Assembly (NCBI GenBank): GCA_035314845.1
Contig: DATFYV010000269.1
Location: forward strand, 1 to 35,695
Length of the DNA: 35,695 bases
Reading direction: 5' to 3'
Source of the DNA: Candidatus Acidiferrum sp.
GTDB lineage: Bacteria; Acidobacteriota; Terriglobia; Acidiferrales; UBA7541
Shown here: positions 28,666-35,695 of the stretch, piece after piece
Position numbering within the stretch: position 1 is the first letter of the stretch
How the letters are laid out: each line of letters begins with the position of its first letter
Notes under the pieces: generated by a model
What the model was told of the DNA's origin: nothing
Seen by the model: only the letters and a program-made list of their open reading frames with translations
Database searches by the model: none
Translations under genes and position numbers: made by a program

Positions 28666-28869
28666 TCGAGCCTCCACAAAGATTGCGATTTCGGTCCGTC
28701 CGAAAGTAGCATGCCGCAAGGTGGCCAGGCGAACTTGATTGAAGCATCGCCCCAGCACCGGCTACCTTCCATCCTAATAACAATTTTTGCCTGCATCGGT
28801 CTTCCGTCAAAGCGTGAAGCGCACGCTTCACGCCCTTTGTGGACTTTCCCTGCAAAGTTTGAGAGAGTC

Positions 28870-28890
28870 AAAAAGGAAACAAAACGAAAC
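28870..28890. promoter_or_regulatory. Putative AgaR operator upstream of the regulator gene (autoregulation)
   Basis: The reverse strand reads GTTTCGTTTTGTTTCCTTTTT, matching the TTTC-R-TTTY-R-TTTY core known for AgaR sites. Confidence 0.6.
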
Positions 28891-28912
28891 CTCATCCTCC
28901 GGAGAGACTTCG

Positions 28913-29674
28913 ATGCTCAGTGAGGAACGCCGCCGCGAAATCATGGAATTGTTACGCAATGATGGGCGGGTCCTCGTCCGCGATCTTTCCAAGCGCTTTC
29001 GAACTTCGCTCATTACCATTCGTAAAGATTTAGAGTCGTTGCACCACCAGGGAATGTTGGAGCGCACCCATGGCGGCGCCTTGCCTATTCGAACCGGGGC
29101 CATCCAGGATCAAACATTGCGGGAAAAGGAACGCCTCCACCGCCAGGAGAAGATGCGCATCGCCGCCGCGGCATTGCGCCTGATCCGGCCAGGTCAGGTA
29201 ATCATTCTGGATTCAGGTACGACCACAACGGCTATCGCGCGCGGCTGCCGGCAACTGCGAAGCCTCACGGTTATCACCAACGCCACGAATATTGCAGCGG
29301 AATTGGCGGATAGTAATGTAGAGGTGATTCTGACGGGTGGTTCACTGCGCAAGCGGTCCTTTTCGCTCGTCGGCCCGCTTGCAGAAGAATCCCTGCGGAA
29401 ACTCAGCGCGGACATGCTGTTCCTGGCCGTCGATGGCTTCGATGTAGGCTACGGGCTGTCGACCCCCAATCAACTGGAGGCGCGGGTCAATCGTGCGATG
29501 TCCGAGTCCGCGCGCCGCACTATCGTGGTATGCGATTCCTCTAAATTCGGCCGCAGAAGTTTGTCCCTCATTATGGACGTTTCCGCGGTGCACGAAACCA
29601 TCACCGACCGGGGCATTCCCAAGCAAGACCTGAAAGCTTTACGCGAAGCCGAAGTGGAAGTCACCCTGGTTTAG
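28913..29674 (+). CDS. agaR: DeoR/GlpR-family transcriptional repressor, AgaR-like
   Basis: RBS GGAGAG and ATG 28913. Motifs EERRREI, TIRKDL, RTHGGA, IILDSGTTT, VITNATNIA, FLAVDGFD and DSSKFGRRSL. Linked to lacD. Confidence 0.8.
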   Translation: MLSEERRREIMELLRNDGRVLVRDLSKRFRTSLITIRKDLESLHHQGMLERTHGGALPIRTGAIQDQTLREKERLHRQEKMRIAAAALRLIRPGQVIILDSGTTTTAIARGCRQLRSLTVITNATNIAAELADSNVEVILTGGSLRKRSFSLVGPLAEESLRKLSADMLFLAVDGFDVGYGLSTPNQLEARVNRAMSESARRTIVVCDSSKFGRRSLSLIMDVSAVHETITDRGIPKQDLKALREAEVEVTLV

Positions 29675-29718
29675 CCGATCCTGCCCTCATCGAAAGTTTT
29701 GCTGCTCAGAATCTCCGC

Positions 29719-29771
29719 TTGACTTCGTAACAAATAGTAAGTAAAAGACATGAAATGAAACAAAGCGTAAG
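29719..29771 (+). promoter_or_regulatory. Putative sigma70 promoter with two overlapping AgaR-like operator repeats
   Basis: TTGACT at 29719-29724; the -10 candidate TAAAAG at 17-bp spacing is weak. GTAAC-N5-GTAAG at 29727-29741 and GAAAC-N5-GTAAG at 29757-29771. Confidence 0.5.
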
Positions 29772-29814
29772 TTATGCTTTGGGGATGGGGAATCCGGACT
29801 CCTTGGAGACAGCT

Positions 29815-32800
29815 ATGACCGCGGTATTACGCAATGTCTTTCTAAGCTTCTGTGCGCTGACCCTGTTCTTGACGTGCGCTAATCGGGTCGCGGCACAATC
29901 GACCTACACCGCGCAGTTGACCGGCGTGGTCACCGATTCCTCCGGCGCCGTCGTTCCCCGTGCAAAAGTGATTCTGACGGACGACGCGACGAGTATAGCG
30001 GTCAACACCCTGACCGACGAGCGAGGCATTTACGTCCTCACCGGCATTCGCCCGGCCAAGTACACCATCCAGGTAGAGGCATCCGGGTTCGCCTCCCAAC
30101 AGCGTAAAGATGTGGTCCTTGCTGTGAATCAGCAGGGCACTATCGATTTCATGGTTACGCCGGGGGTGGTCTCGGAGAAGGTTGTCGTCACGGAACAAGC
30201 TCCGCTGCTCGATACCGGAAATGCCACCCTCGGCACCGACGTGACCAACGAATACGTGCGCGATATTCCGATTTACAACCGCAGCACCTTCGGTCTAGTC
30301 TTCCTCGCAGGCGGCGTCACTGAAGCCGCGGGCTCCGGCACCTCCGATTCCTATCCTGCCGGCACCAACTTCGTGTCCAACGGCCAACGCAACGCCACAG
30401 CCGAAGTGCGCGTCGACGGCGCCTTGACCAGCGCGCCTGAACAAGGCGAAGGCGGTAACACTAACGTCTACTACCAACCTTCGGTCGAAATTATTCAGGA
30501 ATTCAAAGTTGAGAACAACAGCTTCTCCGCTGAGTACGGCAATAACGGCGGCACTGTCGTCAATACGGTCCTCAAGGAAGGTGGTAACAAATTTCACGGC
30601 AGCGGCTGGTGGTTTGGACAACGCTCCGCGCTTGACGCCAACGATTACTTCAATAACGCTGCCGGTGTTCCCAAGCCCGACCACTTGCGCGACCAGTATG
30701 GATTTTCTCTAGGCGGCCCGATCAAGAAAGAGAAAATATTTTTCTTCGTGGATTTCGAGAAACTTCGCCAGAATGACGCTGTCAACATCCAGGGTAGCGT
30801 TCCAACGCTCGCAGAGCGCAATGGCGACTTTTCTGGGGCCAACGAGACAATCTTCAATCCCAATATATGCCCCGCACCGGCGGATCCCACGATGTCCTGC
30901 ACTCGCCCGCAATTCGTGGGCGACAGTTCTAACGGCTCCCTAAACGGCGTCGCTAATGTCATTCCGCAGAGTGATTGGGATCCCATCGGCCAAGCCATTC
31001 TCAATCTATATCCCAAGCCCAACACCAATCTGGACGATCCCACCGGCGTCAACAATTTCCGTACGTCCACCATCGCGTCGACGAGCGGATATCAATACGA
31101 CATCAAAATCGATTATCATTTTAACGACAAGATTCACCTGTCGGGCCGTTACAGCGACCTGCACCAAACTTTTGCGACTCCATTCATCGTCGGCGACGGC
31201 ACGGACGCCACCGGCAATACCATTAACGATGGTCTGGCTGGTTCCCTCGACGTCCACAACATTGGCCTCGAACTAAATGATTCCCTCACCACAACCATTC
31301 TTTGGACCTCGCGCTTTGCCGTGGACCGCGTTACTTCTCCCGGACGATCCGTGTCACCCACGCTGCAGAGCGTAGGTTTCCCTGAAATCCTCGCGACGGC
31401 CAACGGCCTGAATCGTCTACCCACAATCCAGACGGATTTAAATGGTACGGACAATCAGCTCTCGCTGGGCAATCAATGCTGTACCGACACAGGTTTCGCG
31501 CACTCTCTTTATTCCTATTCTTCAGCGCTGGCTTGGATTCATGGCCGCCACACTGTGAAGGCGGGTTTTGAACAGCGCCAGTTCTTCAATAATTTCTTTC
31601 AACCCAACTATCCCACCGGCTATTTCTATTTTCCGCAAAACGTCACGGCCAGCTCTCCGTCCTATTCTGCCGCGGACCAGGGCAACTCCTTCGCTGACAT
31701 TCTCGTCGGTTACGCCGATCCCGGCTCGCTTCTGAATATCCAGCCCTCGGTCGCCGACAAATCTTGGGAGACCGCCTTTTACGGTCAGGACGATTTCAAA
31801 ATTAGCTCCCGACTCACCGTAAACATCGGCTTGCGCTACGAATGGAGCACCCCGTACACCGATCGCCACGACCTGCAGCAATACAGCAATTTCAGCGGCG
31901 CGACCGGCGTTAGTATTCCACTGCCTTCCGCGTTAGATACTACGGTCACGACTCCAACTTCGCTGATTGGCACGACGGTGTTTGTTGGCCAGGACGGTTT
32001 CGGCCGGCATTTAAAAGTGGATCGTAATAACGTCGCACCACGGTTGGGCTTCGCTTACTCCTGGAATCAAAAAACCGTGTTCCGTGGCGGCGCTGGAATT
32101 TATTACGGGTTGAACCCCGCGTCGAACTACCAGTACACGGGCACTGCCTTCAGTTCCAGCGGAAATGTCCTCACCACCGTGGACGCTTTCCAGTCTCGCT
32201 ATGCCACTTTGGAAAATCCCTTTCCCGCGGGCCTTCCCCTTGCACAAGGAAAAACAAATGGCGCCAATCCCAACTGGGGATTCTCCAATGCGAACAATCT
32301 TGGGACGGAAACTGCTCGCAACGCCGAAATCTACCAATGGAATATTGGCGTGCAACGCTTGCTGCCAGGCGAAATAACCATTGGTGTCGATTATTCCGCG
32401 AGCCGCAGCAACCACCTTCCCTGGGGCGGTGACAACGTCACTACCACCCGCGACCGCAACTTTTTATCTTCTGCGGTGCGCGCGGAGGTTTCTGCTCAAC
32501 AGCATGCGTTGGACCCCAATTGCGACGTCGATGGCTGCGTTACGAGCTATCTTAACCAGCTCGTCAATAATCCCTTTCAGTATCTTTTTGTCCAAGTACC
32601 GGGACAACCCGCGCCGATCTACAACGAGCCGTCCTCACAATACAACCAACCTCAAATCCCGCTGGTTAATCTGCTGCGGCCATATCCCCAATTCAACGGG
32701 AGCTTCACCGGCCTTCCCAATCTTGGCGCCAACGCCTTCTACAATTCCCTGCAAGTGCGCTTTCAGAAGCGCGCCAATCATTACATCAGCTTCGAAGGAA

Positions 32801-33501
32801 ACTATACCCTCTCCAAAGCCACCGACGACTCTTCTGCCGGCTTCAACGCGTTCGTTGGCACCCTAAATGCCGGAAACGTGCAACAGCTCGATCAGCTGAA
32901 GCTGGAGCACGGCATCTCCGCCAACGACGCCACTCACCGATTCGTCCTCGCCACCATCGTGGATGTCCCCGTTGGCCGCAATCGGTGGATCGGCCGCGAT
33001 ATGAATCGCATTCTGGACGGATTCATCGGAGGCTGGCAGGTCGCCTCCATCATCACGCACCAGAGCGGCCAGCCACTCGCTTTCAGTACCGCGGAAGGGA
33101 GCAATGGCGCGTTCATCGACGGTAACCAGCGGCCCAACCTCTTGTGCAATCAACTCTCCAGCAGCGTCAGTTACCATCAAGCTGCCGCCAGCGGCGGCAC
33201 CGCTTCGGTGTTCAACGCGGCATGTTTCGGCTTTCCCGGGGACGAAATGCCCGGCGATGCTCCCCGCTATATTTCCACCCTGCGCAGCGACGGCATTCGC
33301 AATATAGATCTATCCTTTAACAAAGAATTCACCGTGCACGAAGGCATGACCCTGCAGATTCGCGGCGAATTTTTCAATTTCACGAACACTGTGCGATTCG
33401 CGGTTCCCAATACCAGTGTGGACAGCAGCGGCTTCGGGACCGTGACCGCTTCCGCCAACACTCCCCGCCATACGCAAATCGGTGTGCGGTTTCAGTTCTA
33501 A
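29815..33501 (+). CDS. TonB-dependent transporter (Oar-like, carboxypeptidase-regulatory-like N-domain)
   Basis: RBS GGAGA before ATG 29815 and a signal peptide ending VAA-Q. Motifs LTGVVTDSSGAVV, PSVEIIQEFKV, YGQDDFKISSRLTVNIGLRYE, APRLGFAYS and C-terminal QIGVRFQF. Confidence 0.92.
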   Translation: MTAVLRNVFLSFCALTLFLTCANRVAAQSTYTAQLTGVVTDSSGAVVPRAKVILTDDATSIAVNTLTDERGIYVLTGIRPAKYTIQVEASGFASQQRKDVVLAVNQQGTIDFMVTPGVVSEKVVVTEQAPLLDTGNATLGTDVTNEYVRDIPIYNRSTFGLVFLAGGVTEAAGSGTSDSYPAGTNFVSNGQRNATAEVRVDGALTSAPEQGEGGNTNVYYQPSVEIIQEFKVENNSFSAEYGNNGGTVVNTVLKEGGNKFHGSGWWFGQRSALDANDYFNNAAGVPKPDHLRDQYGFSLGGPIKKEKIFFFVDFEKLRQNDAVNIQGSVPTLAERNGDFSGANETIFNPNICPAPADPTMSCTRPQFVGDSSNGSLNGVANVIPQSDWDPIGQAILNLYPKPNTNLDDPTGVNNFRTSTIASTSGYQYDIKIDYHFNDKIHLSGRYSDLHQTFATPFIVGDGTDATGNTINDGLAGSLDVHNIGLELNDSLTTTILWTSRFAVDRVTSPGRSVSPTLQSVGFPEILATANGLNRLPTIQTDLNGTDNQLSLGNQCCTDTGFAHSLYSYSSALAWIHGRHTVKAGFEQRQFFNNFFQPNYPTGYFYFPQNVTASSPSYSAADQGNSFADILVGYADPGSLLNIQPSVADKSWETAFYGQDDFKISSRLTVNIGLRYEWSTPYTDRHDLQQYSNFSGATGVSIPLPSALDTTVTTPTSLIGTTVFVGQDGFGRHLKVDRNNVAPRLGFAYSWNQKTVFRGGAGIYYGLNPASNYQYTGTAFSSSGNVLTTVDAFQSRYATLENPFPAGLPLAQGKTNGANPNWGFSNANNLGTETARNAEIYQWNIGVQRLLPGEITIGVDYSASRSNHLPWGGDNVTTTRDRNFLSSAVRAEVSAQQHALDPNCDVDGCVTSYLNQLVNNPFQYLFVQVPGQPAPIYNEPSSQYNQPQIPLVNLLRPYPQFNGSFTGLPNLGANAFYNSLQVRFQKRANHYISFEGNYTLSKATDDSSAGFNAFVGTLNAGNVQQLDQLKLEHGISANDATHRFVLATIVDVPVGRNRWIGRDMNRILDGFIGGWQVASIITHQSGQPLAFSTAEGSNGAFIDGNQRPNLLCNQLSSSVSYHQAAASGGTASVFNAACFGFPGDEMPGDAPRYISTLRSDGIRNIDLSFNKEFTVHEGMTLQIRGEFFNFTNTVRFAVPNTSVDSSGFGTVTASANTPRHTQIGVRFQF

Positions 33502-33517
33502 CGGTGCCATCGCTTAC

Positions 33518-35413
33518 ATGAAAACCCTCGCGACCGTCTCTTTGCTTTGCGCGCTCACACTCAGTCTTGCGTCGCGTGCTGATGCCCCTGCGCAGAATTG
33601 GACGAACTATGCTCGCATCGGGGCATATAGTCTGACCTCAAGTAACGCAGAAGCCATTGTCCGCGACGCGCAAGGAAGTCACGTATTTGGCATCGAAGTC
33701 GACAATGACATTCCGGGCCGCTACGAAAGCTTCCTCAATCCCACGGAGAAACTAAAAGCCATTCAGGCTGTCGCCGAAGGGGCGCACAAAGCGAAAAATC
33801 ACGCCTTTGTCTATATTGCGGGGACTGAATGCATTACCGCGAATGCGGAGCATTCGGCGCATTCGGTCGTGAAAGATCATCCGGACTGGCTCCAGCGAAA
33901 AATCAGCGGGGAACCGGCTGTATTTGGCGGCGGAGCTGCTTTTTGGATCAGCCCGGGCGATGAAGACGTGTGGATCACTCCGTACGCTCCGGAGTGGCGG
34001 AAGATCTATATGCTACGTGTGCGGCAAATCGCGGCCACCGGAATTGACGGAATCTATGTGGACATCCCGTATTGGATGACGCACTTCGACGGCTGGGAAA
34101 ATTCCTGGGCCAGTTTCGATACCTACACGCTGGCGGCATTTCAAGCGCAATACGGCCTCGATGCGCGCAAAGACGTGGCGCTGGGCGATTTCTCTGATAC
34201 AGGCTTTCGCAAGTGGGTTACCTTTCGTATCGACACCTTTACAAACTTCATGCGCGAGATTCGCGAAAACGCGCGCAGCGTAAACCCATCGATCATGGTC
34301 ATTCCGGAAATTTACCCTGGCATTGAGCAGGAAGCCGTGCGTGTGGGTGCGGATGTCTATGAACTGTACGGCGTCGTGGATGCCATCGCCCATGAATACG
34401 AATTTGGCGACGGCGACCACATGGCCGCATCGCGCACACAGCTGGATTGGTTTCTCTATCAGGCGGGGATGCTCACGTTTCGCGCGTTTGCTCAGGGAAA
34501 AGCTACCTGGATACTGAATTATTCATGGGACGGGGAGAAGGACGTCGTTCCCAGCGAAGCCATGCGCACCCTGGCGGCTTCGCAACTCACTGCCGGCGCA
34601 AATTTTTGGGACGCTCCCGGACACTCCATGGCCGGTTCCAATGACGCCGCGGCGCGCAAACAAATCTTCGATTGGATCGCCAAGCACGAAAAGACCTTTT
34701 ATCTTCCGCGCGCCCCCATGCATCCGGTCGGCGTCTATTTTTCGCCGGATAGCCGTAACTTCGATCCCGCGCGATTTCTTCCGTCATACCGTGGAACACT
34801 ACTATTGCTCTTGCAAAACCATGTGGAGTTTCAGGTAGTCACTCCCAGAACGCTGCTGGAGTTTCGTGGCGCTACTCTGGTCTTGCCCGATGTCTCCGTC
34901 TTGAACGCTTCGGAGCACAGCCAACTGCAGAGCTTCTTAGCCAACGGCGGCAGGTTGATTATCGCCGGAATGGATGTCACCGCGTTGCCGCCAGCGCAAA
35001 ACATCATTTCGTTTAAGGATTCTCCGGGCACCGCGTACTTAACTGCGCTGGAAAAGGATTTTCTCGCCGGCTCCCAAGATAAACCGGCCGAGTTCCTAGC
35101 AGCGCTTGCGCCCTCGAAAGATCTGGTCGTCAGCGCATCGCCCCTCGTGGCGTCCAACACGGCCATGGTCGATGGCCACGCGCACGTATTTCTGATGAAC
35201 TTTGCGGGAATCGTTCCTCGCCACAATCTGCGGCCCTCGCCGGACAACTCCGCAAAAATCACGGTGCCCTGTCAGCACAAGTGTCTTCTGCACTTCCTCC
35301 CGTTTCTGGGAGAGGAGCAGGTGGTCACCTCCACGACGGTGCGTGGCACGCAAACATTCTCTCTTCCGGCGTTCGATCGCGCCGCAGTTGCTTGGCTTGA
35401 CGAAGCTCAGTAG
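33518..35413 (+). CDS. Exported glycoside-hydrolase-like protein (TIM barrel plus GH42-trimerisation/glutamine-amidotransferase-like domain)
   Basis: Signal MKTLATVSLLCALTLSLASRADA. Motifs HPDWLQR, GIDGIYVDIPYW, WVTFR, DAIAHEY, then PVGVYFS...LVLPDVSVL...FLANGGRLII. Confidence 0.65.
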   Translation: MKTLATVSLLCALTLSLASRADAPAQNWTNYARIGAYSLTSSNAEAIVRDAQGSHVFGIEVDNDIPGRYESFLNPTEKLKAIQAVAEGAHKAKNHAFVYIAGTECITANAEHSAHSVVKDHPDWLQRKISGEPAVFGGGAAFWISPGDEDVWITPYAPEWRKIYMLRVRQIAATGIDGIYVDIPYWMTHFDGWENSWASFDTYTLAAFQAQYGLDARKDVALGDFSDTGFRKWVTFRIDTFTNFMREIRENARSVNPSIMVIPEIYPGIEQEAVRVGADVYELYGVVDAIAHEYEFGDGDHMAASRTQLDWFLYQAGMLTFRAFAQGKATWILNYSWDGEKDVVPSEAMRTLAASQLTAGANFWDAPGHSMAGSNDAAARKQIFDWIAKHEKTFYLPRAPMHPVGVYFSPDSRNFDPARFLPSYRGTLLLLLQNHVEFQVVTPRTLLEFRGATLVLPDVSVLNASEHSQLQSFLANGGRLIIAGMDVTALPPAQNIISFKDSPGTAYLTALEKDFLAGSQDKPAEFLAALAPSKDLVVSASPLVASNTAMVDGHAHVFLMNFAGIVPRHNLRPSPDNSAKITVPCQHKCLLHFLPFLGEEQVVTSTTVRGTQTFSLPAFDRAAVAWLDEAQ

Positions 35414-35439
35414 ATTCCAACGTATTTAGGGAGCATCTT

Positions 35440-35695
35440 TTGTCACTCTCGACAGCAAAACAGAACCGCTTGCGCGCCCTGGCAAACCAGCGCGGCATCA
35501 TCGCTGCGCTGGCGATTGATCAGCGCAGCGCCTTGCGCAAGCTGTTCGCCAAGGCCAGCGGACGCCATGCTAGCGACGTCCCCGCCGAGTGGCTGGTGCA
35601 GTTCAAAGAGAAGGTCAGCGAGTTTCTTACCCCTCACGCCAGCGCCATTCTACTCGATCCGGAATACGGATTGCCCGCTGCGAGCCGGCGCTCCC
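35440..35695 (+). CDS. lacD: Tagatose-1,6-bisphosphate aldolase (class I, LacD family), N-terminal part; runs off the window and is absent from the ORF track
   Basis: RBS AGGGAG and TTG start. Translation MSLSTAKQNRLRALANQRGIIAALAIDQRSALRK...FKEKVSEFLTPHASAILLDPEYGLPA carries the LacD motifs ALAxDQR and SAILLDPEYGLPA. Confidence 0.9.
   Translation, partial: MSLSTAKQNRLRALANQRGIIAALAIDQRSALRKLFAKASGRHASDVPAEWLVQFKEKVSEFLTPHASAILLDPEYGLPAASRRS

Noticed and set aside
1-35695. CRISPR arrays, tRNA/rRNA, transposases, integrases, phage or defence genes
   Set aside because: No periodic repeats or diagnostic motifs were seen, and nearly all sequence is accounted for by the listed CDSs.

Overview
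GC-rich bacterial DNA. The gene types (Oar-like CarboxypepD_reg TonB-dependent transporters, Ig-repeat S53 protein) suggest Acidobacteriota; this is inference. There are three blocks. (1) 1-15900: the 3' part of a Wzx/Wzy-type surface-glycan cluster. It encodes a flippase, a Wzy_C/ligase-like membrane protein, an exported membrane-anchored glucuronyl C5-epimerase homologue, a TylF-like methyltransferase, an unknown exported protein, WecB, two GT4s, an AsnB-type amidotransferase, a GNAT/FemAB-like protein and DegT/PglC/PglF-like genes. (2) 16016-27563: a divergent four-gene envelope module and the best candidate for an undescribed system. It has a 642-aa exported PstS-fold-like protein with signs of high expression (S-layer candidate), an alpha/beta-hydrolase homologue without the canonical nucleophile, a TonB-dependent transporter-like barrel, and a sedolisin (S53) homologue with a degenerate catalytic triad. 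That last protein carries an internal TM-RRR-lipobox element that appears to split its last Ig domain. (3) 28913-35695: an AgaR/DeoR-regulated sugar-utilisation locus (regulator, TBDT, unclassified glycoside-hydrolase-like protein, start of lacD) with visible operator repeats. No tRNA, rRNA, CRISPR array or mobile element was seen. All calls come from reading motifs by eye; no database searches were run.
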